64,000 nucleotides of DNA from Longimicrobiales bacterium (GTDB taxonomy: Bacteria > Gemmatimonadota > Gemmatimonadetes > Longimicrobiales > Gaopeijiaceae). The stretch's first letter is position 1; the number at the start of each line of letters is the position of its first letter. Below the pieces are notes generated by a model. The model was not told where the DNA came from. It saw only the letters and a list, made by a program, of their open reading frames with translations, and ran no database searches. This document shows, one piece after another, positions 28,560 to 38,308 of the stretch. The position numbers were made by a program, and so were the translations under genes. The stretch spans positions 256,001 to 320,000 of the forward strand of contig OZ242008.1 of the NCBI GenBank assembly GCA_965204735.1, written 5' to 3'.

Positions 28560-31500
28560 TCAGCGGATCGTCGCCCGGGCGCCCAGCTGGACCCGCCACC
28601 GGGAGAACGCCCCCGGGTCGGGCATGAACGTCTTGGCGGGCGCGGTGAATTCGAACACCGGCTCGCCTTCCGCGTCGAACTCCACCAAGCGCAAGGGCGA
28701 GGTCGCCGACGGGTTGGCGGTCTTGCGAACTCCCCACGCGCTGTTGACAAGGTTGCCGACGTTCATGGCGTCCACGCTCAGCTGCAAGGTCCGACCGCCG
28801 AACGCGATGTCCTGCAAGATGCGGACGTCCACGCCGGTGAACCACGGTGCCAGCGCGCCCATCCGCTCCGAGATGCGGCCCCGGTTGCGGCTCAAGTACG
28901 GGTCTTGCTCGATGAAGGCGTTCAGCGCCGCCCACTGCGACGGGTCCGCCAACTTGATCTCGCTCTGGTCGCGGGGCACGTAGATCAGGTCGTTGCCGGC
29001 GTATCCGTCGCCGTTCACGTCGCCAGCGTAGACGAAGGAAAAGCGGTTGCCGCCCGCAGCCGTGAAGCGCCCGCCTTGGGCCGCTTCCGCAAACACGCCG
29101 ACGTGCGTGGCGAACCGCTCGGACCAAGTGCGCGTGTACGTCGCCGTGGCCAGCACGCGGTGCCTGGGGCCGAACTCGGACCACGAAAGGCGCGGGTTGT
29201 TGGGGTCGCCCTGAGAGGGCATGTTCTGCCACATGAGCGACGCGATTTCCGTCGTCTTCATGTTGTTCTTGGCCTGGGTGAAGGCGTAGGCGAGAGACGC
29301 GGCGCCGGAGGCGAAAGTCCTGCGCAGCTCCCCCGTTGCACTGACGTTGTAGCCTTCGCTGGTGTTGTCCAGGATGTAGATGCCGGCTCCGCCGTCGTCG
29401 TTGAGTTCGCTGGCGCCGGGCCCGCCGTAGTAGGGCCGTCCGTCCCTCAGCGTTCGAGCGGGCCTGGCCAAGTCGGCATTGCGGACGACCACGGCGTTGA
29501 CGTCGTTGCCGTAGACCAGCTCGACGGTGGCCTCGAGTCCTTCGGCGATCTCGTGGTCCACGGCGATGTCGGTCACCCACACCTGCGGCCACTTGAAGTC
29601 CGGGTCCAAGGCGTTCAGGTCGAACGACTGCTGCAGGACCGTGTTCTCGCTGATCTCGACCTGGGGCACGTCGGTTCCCGGCGCCCAGATGTTGGGGTTG
29701 GCGCCCGGGTTGGAAACGACGTTGCCGAACCAAACGAAGGGAATGCGGCCGGTAAAGAGTCCGGTTCCGCCCCGCAGGCGAGTCGATCCGTCGCCGCGCG
29801 CGTCCCAGTTGAAGCCGAGGCGTGGAGAGAGGAGCGGCGCGGCGCCGGGAAGTGCGCTCTGGTCCACGGTCTCCGGGTCTCCGTGCTGGTCGATGGCGAC
29901 GAGAGACCGAGAGTAGGGGTTGTCCACGGGCTCGGTGAAGTACATGGGCACGTCCACCCGAACCCCCGCCGTCAGGTGAAGGTTGGCGCCGACGGGAAAC
30001 TCGTCCTGGGCGTAGAACGACAGCTGGCCGACCTCGGTCTTCTCTCCCTTGTACGGGCCGGTTCCGATCATGCTTCCGAAGTCCTTGGCGGCGTCTTCCG
30101 TGGCGGAAAAGAACTCGTCCACCGAAGAGAAAGTGGAGCCGATGGGCAGGAAATAGGGCAGGAAGAAGAGGCCGTGGCGGAAGAGGTTGAACGAGTTGAG
30201 GAAGCCGAAGTACTCGAAGTTGACCCCAGCCGTCAGAGCGTGCCTTCCCCTGTAGTAGGTCAGGTTGTTGGTGAGTTGATAGACGTTCTGGTCGACCACG
30301 TTGCGAATCGAGAAGGGCTCGTGGCCCAGGGTCGTGTAGCCGATTCCGTCCTCGCCGATCTCGATTGTCGGGTAGTCTTCGCTGAAGGGTTCGCGGAAGT
30401 CGCGGAACCGGTTGTAGCTCGCAAAGAAGCGGTTGGCGTAGCTGTCGCCCCGGCTGTTGAGTTCCACGGCGAGGGAGTGGAGGTTGTTGTTGATCGCGTA
30501 GCCGGAGTTCCGAAACGGAAGGGACGCAGCGTTGGGGCCGCGACCCGCGTTGTTGTAGGCGAGAGCGAAAGCATGCGGGCCCTGTTCTCGACGGGCGTCC
30601 AAGTAGCTGTAGCGGACGGTCAGGTGCTGCCGGTCGCTGGCGTTCCAGTCGACCTTGGCCAGCAGCTTGTTGTTGTCGGTTGCGTGGACGTAGTCTTCGT
30701 AGGGGCCGGGGTCGTAGCCGTAGGCGGCGATCATCCGGTCGCGGATGGCGTCCATGACGTCGGCCCGCACTCGCGACTCGCCCAACTCCAGGACGCCGTC
30801 CCTGTCGGCCACGAAGTCGGAACCCGGATCGTCTCGCCGCTCGATCTCGGCGTTGGCGAAGAAGAGCAGCTTGTTGCGGACCAAGGGTCCCGAAAACGTG
30901 ATTCCCGACTGGTTGAACGCCAAGTCCGGGCGTGCCGAAACCGTGACGCCCTCGATCTTGTTGCCGATCAGAGACTCGTTGCGCGTGAACGTGTAGACGG
31001 AAGCGCGGAACTCGTTGGTGCCGCTCTTGGTGACGGTGTTCACGTTGGCGCCGGTGAATCCTCCTTCCCGCACGTCGAAGGGCGCGACCGACACGTGCAC
31101 CTGCTCGATCGCGTCGAAGGGGACGGGTTCGGCGTTGGCTTGGCCGCCGGGCGCCGGGTCGTCGAGTCCAAAGGGGTTGCTGAAGTACGAGCCGTCCAAG
31201 GAGACGTTGTTGAAGAGCCAGTTGCGGCCGGCGAAGGCCAAGTTGCCGTCGTTGCGGGGATCCGTGCGAATCAGGTCGCGCACGGTGCGCTTGACGGAAG
31301 GCAGAACGGCCACCTGCACCGGATCGACCGACGTGGCGGCTCCCGTGCGTCCCGCCTCTGCAAGGTCCTTTGCCGTGACCACGACCTCGATGCCCTGGAG
31401 CTGCACGGCCTGGGCCGTCAGCCGGAAGTCGATCCGCAAGGTCTGCCCCAGAACGACGAAGACGCCTTCTTCCGACTGGGCGCCGAAACCGATGAACTCG

Positions 31501-31799
31501 ACCGTGACCGTGTACGGTCCGCCTACGCGCAGGTTGGGGAGCCCGAAGGCGCCGCCCTCCCTGCTGACGGCAGAGTAGCGGGCGCCGGACTCCACGTGCA
31601 CGGCGACAACGGACGCGCCGGACAGCGGCCGACCGTCGGAGTCGTGGACGAATCCGGCGACGGCCCCCGTGGTGACGCCTTGGGCGGACACGCCGACGGG
31701 AAGCGTCGGCACGGCGGCCGCCGCAAGGGCAAGGGCGAGCGCCGCCGGGCGGCAGACGGCGAGGATCGCGGATGGCGACGACGAACGAACGAGCTTCAT
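28560..31799 (-). CDS. TonB-dependent receptor (Oar-like) with carboxypeptidase-regulatory-like N domain
   Basis: MKLVRS... signal peptide; GGPYTVTV; plug APFDVREGGFTGANVNTVTKSGTN; SPRLGFNWD; C-terminal RWRVQLGAR. Confidence 0.88.
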   Translation of the reverse strand: MKLVRSSSPSAILAVCRPAALALALAAAAVPTLPVGVSAQGVTTGAVAGFVHDSDGRPLSGASVVAVHVESGARYSAVSREGGAFGLPNLRVGGPYTVTVEFIGFGAQSEEGVFVVLGQTLRIDFRLTAQAVQLQGIEVVVTAKDLAEAGRTGAATSVDPVQVAVLPSVKRTVRDLIRTDPRNDGNLAFAGRNWLFNNVSLDGSYFSNPFGLDDPAPGGQANAEPVPFDAIEQVHVSVAPFDVREGGFTGANVNTVTKSGTNEFRASVYTFTRNESLIGNKIEGVTVSARPDLAFNQSGITFSGPLVRNKLLFFANAEIERRDDPGSDFVADRDGVLELGESRVRADVMDAIRDRMIAAYGYDPGPYEDYVHATDNNKLLAKVDWNASDRQHLTVRYSYLDARREQGPHAFALAYNNAGRGPNAASLPFRNSGYAINNNLHSLAVELNSRGDSYANRFFASYNRFRDFREPFSEDYPTIEIGEDGIGYTTLGHEPFSIRNVVDQNVYQLTNNLTYYRGRHALTAGVNFEYFGFLNSFNLFRHGLFFLPYFLPIGSTFSSVDEFFSATEDAAKDFGSMIGTGPYKGEKTEVGQLSFYAQDEFPVGANLHLTAGVRVDVPMYFTEPVDNPYSRSLVAIDQHGDPETVDQSALPGAAPLLSPRLGFNWDARGDGSTRLRGGTGLFTGRIPFVWFGNVVSNPGANPNIWAPGTDVPQVEISENTVLQQSFDLNALDPDFKWPQVWVTDIAVDHEIAEGLEATVELVYGNDVNAVVVRNADLARPARTLRDGRPYYGGPGASELNDDGGAGIYILDNTSEGYNVSATGELRRTFASGAASLAYAFTQAKNNMKTTEIASLMWQNMPSQGDPNNPRLSWSEFGPRHRVLATATYTRTWSERFATHVGVFAEAAQGGRFTAAGGNRFSFVYAGDVNGDGYAGNDLIYVPRDQSEIKLADPSQWAALNAFIEQDPYLSRNRGRISERMGALAPWFTGVDVRILQDIAFGGRTLQLSVDAMNVGNLVNSAWGVRKTANPSATSPLRLVEFDAEGEPVFEFTAPAKTFMPDPGAFSRWRVQLGARATIR

Positions 31800-32950
31800 G
31801 GCTGGCGTGGGGTGCGGGGACCGCTCCAAAGGCGCCGGCGAGCCAGGGCCGAGGCGATCTCGGAGACGATGCTCCTCTTTTGGCCGTCGGCCTGCACATG
31901 CACCTGAAACGTCTGCATGGTTCCGTTGTCGGCCATGTCGTAGAGCTTGCCGTCCAGGACGAACGGCGTCGGCGACGCTTCCACGACCGCCCCGGGCGAG
32001 GACCGCTTGTCGCGCGCGCTGAAGGGTCCCAGCGTCACCTGCGTGATTCCAGGAACCGCGACGATCGTTCGGAGGATCTGGCGAGCCGACGCCGACGGAA
32101 TGTCGTCCAGCCGGCGGATCGGCCTGCCCCAGATCGTGGCATGAGCCTTCGGCCCGCAGGAAACGGGCACCTGGACCGGGCCCGAGTGAGACTTGCCTTC
32201 CCGCACCGAAGACCGGGCGCCCCGGCCCCCGGGCCGCTTTCCAAAAGGCGTCGGGTCGGCGTTGCGACGCTCCCAAGCTGCCGAGAGCCCTCCGAAGGCG
32301 GGGTCCCTCTGGCGTTCGCGACGGCGAAGTATCCTGTACACTGCCCGGTCGATCTCGGTGGAGCCGATCGCGGCGCCGATCCATCGGTCGCTGCGCTCCA
32401 GTTCGGTCGTCACGTCGGCAAGGACGGCCCGCGGCACGACGATGTCGTCCTTCCTTTCTCTTCTGCAAATGCGTCCGACCGACGAGATGATCTTCTGGCG
32501 CGCGAAGGGCTTCTGGCGTCCGTCCGACCCCAGGACCTGCCAGCCGGCCTCGGCGCTGAGGAGCGAGAGGAGCGACTTGGCCGCCTTGAGAGCGCTGTCC
32601 GCCACCGCGTCGGCGTAGAACTGCAACATGCGGTGGCGCAGGAAGTTCGGGTCGGCAAGCACCACGGGTCGCCCGACGCGGCTGGCGTGGACCAAGCCGA
32701 GCGCCGTGCCGATCGACTCCCTCCACATGTTGGCGAGGAGCCCCGACGAGCTCTCGATGGCGCGAAGATCGGCTTCGACGAACTCGGCCGAGTTCGCCTC
32801 CTGGTCCAGAAGCTCGTCGGTCGGGTCGATGAAGTCGAAGTGCTTGCCGTACTTCTTCTTGACTTCGTCGCGCCACTTGTGCTTCTGGAGGTCGGTGCAG
32901 CCGCTGATGGGGCCGCTCAAGTAGACTCGAAACTTGCCGGCGCTGGACAT
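31796..32950 (-). CDS. Fusion protein: nucleoside 2-deoxyribosyltransferase-like + ATP-cone-like + DUF2103-like domains
   Basis: VYLSGPISG...WR...FIDP...ADLRAI...ESIGTA...GRPVV (NDT-like); WQVLGSDGRQKPFARQKIISSV...STEIDRAVYRIL (ATP-cone-like); AHATIWG...ILRTIVAVPGITQVTLGP (DUF2103-like, least certain). Confidence 0.7.
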   Translation of the reverse strand: MSSAGKFRVYLSGPISGCTDLQKHKWRDEVKKKYGKHFDFIDPTDELLDQEANSAEFVEADLRAIESSSGLLANMWRESIGTALGLVHASRVGRPVVLADPNFLRHRMLQFYADAVADSALKAAKSLLSLLSAEAGWQVLGSDGRQKPFARQKIISSVGRICRRERKDDIVVPRAVLADVTTELERSDRWIGAAIGSTEIDRAVYRILRRRERQRDPAFGGLSAAWERRNADPTPFGKRPGGRGARSSVREGKSHSGPVQVPVSCGPKAHATIWGRPIRRLDDIPSASARQILRTIVAVPGITQVTLGPFSARDKRSSPGAVVEASPTPFVLDGKLYDMADNGTMQTFQVHVQADGQKRSIVSEIASALARRRLWSGPRTPRQP

Positions 32951-33245
32951 GACGGCTTCTCCAGTGGCTGGGGGGACGGAGAAAGGCGCTGCCGGCCCCC
33001 GTGGCGGCTCTGGTGGGTGCATGGGGGCTGGCGCGCTGGGCTTTGGTGTCGTAAATGTAGCGAGTCCGCCACCTGCCCGCCGTGCGTGCGCGCGGTTGGA
33101 ATCGAGAGCCGTGGAGGCGCGCCACGACTTCCTCCGTCCCCGGCGCGCTCGCGCGGGCCGGTCCTCTTCCTCCGTCGCGTCGCCGCACCCAGGAGCCGTC
33201 ATGTCTTGCCAAGCCGACACCGGCTGCGCCCCAACGCCCTACTCC

Positions 33246-36200
33246 ATGCCCAGCGTGCTGCCCGCCGGCCGTCGGGTCCCCCAAGCATGTCTCCGGCCCG
33301 CTGGCCGTCGGGTCCATCGAGTCGGCGTCGTTCCTGCCTGCCGTCGGGTCCATCGAGCCCGCATCCTCCCCGCCCTGGTCCTTTCCGCCTTGACCGCGGC
33401 GGCCGGCTGGACGCGCGTGGAGGCGCAGTCGCCGACCGGCCCGTCTCCGATCGCTCAAGCCCTGGAGTGGATGAGCTTTCGGGAAGTCGGTCCGGCGATC
33501 ATGGGCGGGCGCGTGGCAGACGTGGCGCCGCTGGAGTCCAACCCGGCCAAGTTCTACGTCGGCCTGGGCTCCGGCGGGGTGTGGCTCACGGAGAACAACG
33601 GGATGTCGTGGACGCCCCTCTTCGACGACCAGCCGTGCTCGTCCATAGGCGACGTGACCGTCTTCCAGGCGAACCCGAACGTGGTGTGGGCCGGCACCGG
33701 AGAACCACAGAACCGGCAGAGCTCCCAGTACGGATGCGGGGTCTTCAAGTCGACCGACGGCGGGCGAACGTGGACGGACGTGGGCCTGGCGGACACGCGC
33801 CACATCGCCAAGATCGCGCTCCATCCCGGCGACCCGGACATGGCGTACGCCGCCGCGGTGGGACACCTCTTCGGACCCAACGAAGAACGAGGAGTCTTCA
33901 GGACCACCGACGGAGGCGCCAGCTGGCAACGGGTGCTGTACGTGGACGAGGACACGGGCGCCATCGACATGGTCATGGACCCGTCGGACCCGCGCACGCT
34001 CTTCGCGGCGATGTATCAGCGACGGCGGACGGCCTTCGGCTTCAGCGCCGGCGGCGGGGGCAGCGGCCTCTACCGGACGACCGACGGGGGCGACAGCTGG
34101 ACCGAGCTGACCAACGGGCTTCCCAATGGCGACAAGGGACGGATCGGCATCGACGTGCATCGGCGGAACGGCAACTTGGTCTACGCCCTGGTGGAGTCGC
34201 GAGGCGCCGGCCGCGGCTTGTACAAGTCCACGGACCGAGGCGAGAGCTGGGAGAAGGTGTCGGACCGCAACCCCCGGCCCATGTACTTCAGCATGGTGCG
34301 AATCGATCCCAACAACCCCGAGCGCATATACCTCGGCGGGGTGCGCTTCTCCGCCTCCGACGACGGCGGCAGGACGTGGTGGGAGGGCGACGCCGCGGAG
34401 GGCGTGCACGTCGACCATCACGCCCTGTGGATCGACCCCGGCAACTCCGACTACTTGGTTCTGGGCAACGACGGAGGCGTCGCCACGAGCTTCGACGGCG
34501 GGCGCACGTGGCGACATCACAACAACATCGCCATTGGCCAGTTCTACGAGATCGGCGTGGACATGAGCGACCCGTACCGAGTTTGCGGCGGACTCCAGGA
34601 CAACAGCTCCTGGTGCGCGCCCAACGAGACGGTCACGGGCTACGGGCTGCGCAACCGAGACTGGATCGACGTCTGGGGGGGAGACGGATTCTACAACCAG
34701 TTCGATCCCGACAACCCCAACATCTTGTACACCGAGTCCCAGGGCGGAAACTCGGGGCGCGTGGACTTGTCCACCGGCGAGGTGCTGACCATGCGCCCGT
34801 CGTTGCCGCCGGACCCGGACGCAGAAGAGGGCGAGGAGCGAAGATACAGGTACAACTGGAACGCGCCGATCGTGGTCTCGGTCCACAACTCCAGCACGGT
34901 GTACGTGGCCAACAACCACCTCATGCGTTCTCGGGACCGGGGCGCGACGTGGGAGGAGGCGAGTCCCGACCTGACCAAGGGGATCGACCGCGATTCGCTG
35001 GAGATCATGGGGGCGCTGGTGACCGACTCGACCCTTTCGCGCCACGACGGGATCAGCACCTACGGCAACGTCACCACGGTGGACGAGTCGCCCTTATCGC
35101 CCGACGTGATCTACGTGGGAACCGACGACGGCAACGTGCAGGTCACTCGCGACGGCGGGGCCACGTGGACCAACGTGGCGGGGAACGTGCCGGGACTGCC
35201 CGACCGCTCGTATGTGAGCAGGATCGACGCTTCGCACCACGTGGCGGGCCGCGTGTATGCCACGTTCGACCGCCATTGGGACGACGACTACGCGCCCTAC
35301 GTCTTTGCCAGCGAGGACTTCGGGGCGACGTGGCGAAGGATATCGAACGGTCTGCCGGAGTGGTCCGTCAACGTCGTGCGGGAGCATCCTCGCAGCCCCG
35401 ACCTGCTCTTCCTGGGCAACGAGGTCGGCGTGTTCGCATCGGTGGATCGGGGCGAGTCGTGGCACAGGATGGGCGGCCTGCCGACGGTGCCGGTGGACGA
35501 CCTGGTGGTGCACCCTCGGGACAACGACCTGGTCGTGGGCACCCACGGACGCAGCATCTGGATACTGGACGATCTGGCGCCGTTGCAGCAGATCGCCGAG
35601 GGCGGGGCATTCGACCGACAGGCGCACCTCTTTCCAGTGGCGACGGCCACTCAGCGCTTCCGTTTGGGCGGTTGGCCGTTCAAGGGCGACGTGTACGAGG
35701 CCGAGAACCCGCCGGACGGAGCCGTCGTGCGGTACTGGCTGGCGGAGGGCGTGGACTCGGTGAAGCTGGTGGTGACTTCCGCCATGGGAGAGGAAGTGCG
35801 CGAGCTGGAGGCCACGGTGGAAGCGGGCATGAACATGGTCGTATGGGACATGCGGGAGGCGCCGCCGGTGGAGGTGCCGCCGGCAGCGGACGGGGGAGGC
35901 GGCCCCGGCGGTGGCGGACGCTTCGGGGGAGCGACCGAAGGTCCGCTGGTGCTGCCGGGCGCCTACTTGGTGCAGCTGGAGGCAGGGGACCAAGTGGCGC
36001 AGCAGGAGGTCGTCGTCCGCATGGACCCGCGGGTGGCCGTGGACATGACGGCTCTGCGTGCCCGGCAGAGCGCCGCCCGAGACGCCGCGGCGATCAACGC
36101 CACCGTGACGTTGGCGAATCGCGCCCTGCGACGGCTCTCCGACCAGCTGGACGACGCGGAGGCGCTGCTGAAGGGGCTTGCCGGCGACGACGGGGACGCA

Positions 36201-36638
36201 GGCGATTCGGCCGAGAACGGCGCCGAGGTCCAGGTCGCGCCCGCGGCGGCTCGGGAAGCTGCTGGCGAGGCCGGGGACGTTGCCGCCGAGGGGTCCGAGG
36301 CCGCCGTTCCCGCCGCCGCCGGCCCGTTTGCCGACCTGATCGAGGAGGTTGCCATGCTTTCGGCGGCCGTGGACTCGCTGCGGGAGGAGTTGCAGGACGC
36401 CCGACCGGGCCGCGCCGCGGCGGGCATCGAGCGGAACGCCGGCCCTCCCGCTGCCAGCCAGCTCGCGGCCGTCGACTTGGCCTGGGAGCAGGTGCCTGCC
36501 TTGGTCGAACGAGCGAACGAATACGTCACCGAACGAGTGCCCGCGTTCCAGCGTCGGATGGCCGAAGCGGGCGCGACCCCGAAGCCGGGCGAGCCGGTGC
36601 CGCTGCCCCGTCGGGGCGGAAGCCCCACCGAGTCATGA
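33246..36638 (+). CDS. Exported VPS10/BNR (Asp-box) beta-propeller glycosyl-hydrolase-like protein
   Basis: FREVGPAIMGGRV, many S/T-x-D-G-G-x-T/S-W Asp boxes, GGLQDN, RYNWNAPI, GTHGRSIWILDD; start uncertain (33201 or 33246). Confidence 0.85.
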   Translation: MPSVLPAGRRVPQACLRPAGRRVHRVGVVPACRRVHRARILPALVLSALTAAAGWTRVEAQSPTGPSPIAQALEWMSFREVGPAIMGGRVADVAPLESNPAKFYVGLGSGGVWLTENNGMSWTPLFDDQPCSSIGDVTVFQANPNVVWAGTGEPQNRQSSQYGCGVFKSTDGGRTWTDVGLADTRHIAKIALHPGDPDMAYAAAVGHLFGPNEERGVFRTTDGGASWQRVLYVDEDTGAIDMVMDPSDPRTLFAAMYQRRRTAFGFSAGGGGSGLYRTTDGGDSWTELTNGLPNGDKGRIGIDVHRRNGNLVYALVESRGAGRGLYKSTDRGESWEKVSDRNPRPMYFSMVRIDPNNPERIYLGGVRFSASDDGGRTWWEGDAAEGVHVDHHALWIDPGNSDYLVLGNDGGVATSFDGGRTWRHHNNIAIGQFYEIGVDMSDPYRVCGGLQDNSSWCAPNETVTGYGLRNRDWIDVWGGDGFYNQFDPDNPNILYTESQGGNSGRVDLSTGEVLTMRPSLPPDPDAEEGEERRYRYNWNAPIVVSVHNSSTVYVANNHLMRSRDRGATWEEASPDLTKGIDRDSLEIMGALVTDSTLSRHDGISTYGNVTTVDESPLSPDVIYVGTDDGNVQVTRDGGATWTNVAGNVPGLPDRSYVSRIDASHHVAGRVYATFDRHWDDDYAPYVFASEDFGATWRRISNGLPEWSVNVVREHPRSPDLLFLGNEVGVFASVDRGESWHRMGGLPTVPVDDLVVHPRDNDLVVGTHGRSIWILDDLAPLQQIAEGGAFDRQAHLFPVATATQRFRLGGWPFKGDVYEAENPPDGAVVRYWLAEGVDSVKLVVTSAMGEEVRELEATVEAGMNMVVWDMREAPPVEVPPAADGGGGPGGGGRFGGATEGPLVLPGAYLVQLEAGDQVAQQEVVVRMDPRVAVDMTALRARQSAARDAAAINATVTLANRALRRLSDQLDDAEALLKGLAGDDGDAGDSAENGAEVQVAPAAAREAAGEAGDVAAEGSEAAVPAAAGPFADLIEEVAMLSAAVDSLREELQDARPGRAAAGIERNAGPPAASQLAAVDLAWEQVPALVERANEYVTERVPAFQRRMAEAGATPKPGEPVPLPRRGGSPTES

Positions 36639-37130
36639 GCCAGCCAGGACGAACCGCGCGCCCTCGCGTTCCAGCATGTCGAAGGGTCGTAGCCACTTGA
36701 CGTCGAGAGCTGCGCAGGCGTCGGGAATCTTTATGCGTGTCTTGGAGTTGGGGGCGGGCTTTTCGAGCGTAACGACTGCATGTCCGTGAGCCCTGGCGTG
36801 CGCTACCAGGAACGAGTCCGCAATCTGCAGGAAGTCGTTCAGAGCCTCGGGGCGGTACTGTTTCTTGCGCCGGGCCCACTCGCGAACCTCCGAGTGAGCA
36901 CTGTTGACGATCCGGTCTGGGCGAAGAAACATTCCCTTTCTAAACCCGTTGGCCCATTTCGCAAGTTCATCTTCAAGCTCCATCAATTCTTCAAGGACGG
37001 CGACAACGCTGTACACCATGCCCTGGTTGTTGGCGAACTCCAGCCACCTCCAAAACCCCGGGCAGATCTGTGGTCGATAGTAGTGGTCCTTGGCAGCAAC
37101 AAAGACATTTGTGTCCAGCAGGTAGGCCAT
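36633..37130 (-). CDS. PIN-domain protein, DUF4411 family
   Basis: YLLDTNVF, YY..ICPGFW.WL, ADSFLVAHA, VVTLE, KIPDAC. Confidence 0.85.
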   Translation of the reverse strand: MAYLLDTNVFVAAKDHYYRPQICPGFWRWLEFANNQGMVYSVVAVLEELMELEDELAKWANGFRKGMFLRPDRIVNSAHSEVREWARRKKQYRPEALNDFLQIADSFLVAHARAHGHAVVTLEKPAPNSKTRIKIPDACAALDVKWLRPFDMLEREGARFVLAGS

Positions 37131-38308
37131 CAGCGCAATCCATGGTATGTCTTGATTTTGTCGAATGTGGCCTGCTTCTTGATGGCCAGTAGCCGGTACG
37201 CCTCCATAGGCAAGGTCCGTCCCGACAGCGTGTCTGCGATCAGGTCGTACGAGAACCGTTCTCCCGTTCGAGCCATCTGCGTCCGAAGGAAGTTCCCTCC
37301 CGAACTCGGGCGGGGGGTCGCAATGCGCCTTCGTTCTCTGTCGTAAGCGTCTCTGAACTTGCGATGCGACAAACTGCCGACGTCGCGGAGCCGACGGAGG
37401 ACGACCAACGTGCTGACCTTGAAGTACGCCGTCATGCGCCGCACGGTTGTCTTCAGCTCCTCGCCTTCGCGGCAGTGTTCGAGCAATGCGTCCGCGGGAA
37501 CCAGCAGTTCCGCCGCTACTTGGTTGCACCATCTCTCGGTTTGGTGGCCCGCGGTGGACCTGAGCGTGGTGTTCGACAGGCCCGTGTTTCCTAGCCAGAT
37601 GTGGGCCAACTCGTGGGCGAGCGTGAACATCTGGGCTGCCTTGGCGTCGGCGCCGTTGACGAAGACTAGGGGCGCAAGGTCGTCAGAGAGGGCGAGCCCC
37701 CGGAACTCGTCGGGATCCAGCCCGCGAGAGGTGTTGTTCGCCACGACGCCGCTGATCATGACGAGCACGCCCTTGGCGTCGGCTCGGTCCGCGAAGCGGC
37801 GGACGGCCAGCGTCCAGTTGGCCACGTCGCTGCGATCGTCCACTCGGAACTCGAGCATGGACGACATCCTCTGGGCCACCTCGGCGGGGTCGTCGTCCAG
37901 GCTGGCCGAGCCCACAAAATCAACGGGATCGTGTTCTTCCTCCAGGGCGTACCTGTGGTACCAATCCTGTCGGCGCTGGCACAGGTAGACGGTATCCAGC
38001 AGGTGCGGGCTCGGCTTCCGACGCTGCTTGCCGCCAACGGTGCGGAAGTCGACGATGTCCAGTTCGTCCTTCAGGGGTCCGCCCGAGAAGAGCGCTCCGA
38101 ACGGCGTGTAGGTCGCCTTGGCGAAGCGCTCGAGCTGCCGATACGTGGGCTTGACCGTGCCGGCTTCCCACTTGCGGTACTTGGGGAAGCGCCGCTCGAG
38201 GGTCTCCACGTCCTTCCCCGAGCGCTCCTGCGCCCATCGAAGCGTCGCCGGATCCACGTGAACCCGATAGGGCCCTCGTTGCGGCGATGGGTTGGCGGGA
38301 GTGGGCAT
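37130..38308 (-). CDS. Xre-HTH + ImmA/IrrE (peptidase M78) metallo-endopeptidase
   Basis: LRWAQERSG...WEAGTVKPTYRQL HTH; FTLAHELAHIWLG (HExxH); ERWCNQVAAELLVP; TGATG coupling to the PIN gene. Confidence 0.88.
   Translation of the reverse strand: MPTPANPSPQRGPYRVHVDPATLRWAQERSGKDVETLERRFPKYRKWEAGTVKPTYRQLERFAKATYTPFGALFSGGPLKDELDIVDFRTVGGKQRRKPSPHLLDTVYLCQRRQDWYHRYALEEEHDPVDFVGSASLDDDPAEVAQRMSSMLEFRVDDRSDVANWTLAVRRFADRADAKGVLVMISGVVANNTSRGLDPDEFRGLALSDDLAPLVFVNGADAKAAQMFTLAHELAHIWLGNTGLSNTTLRSTAGHQTERWCNQVAAELLVPADALLEHCREGEELKTTVRRMTAYFKVSTLVVLRRLRDVGSLSHRKFRDAYDRERRRIATPRPSSGGNFLRTQMARTGERFSYDLIADTLSGRTLPMEAYRLLAIKKQATFDKIKTYHGLR

Noticed and set aside
28560..35045. 2161-aa minus-strand ORF as a giant protein
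   Set aside because: Only 28560-31799 is receptor-like; the rest is an open frame overlapping two better-supported genes, expected at this GC content.
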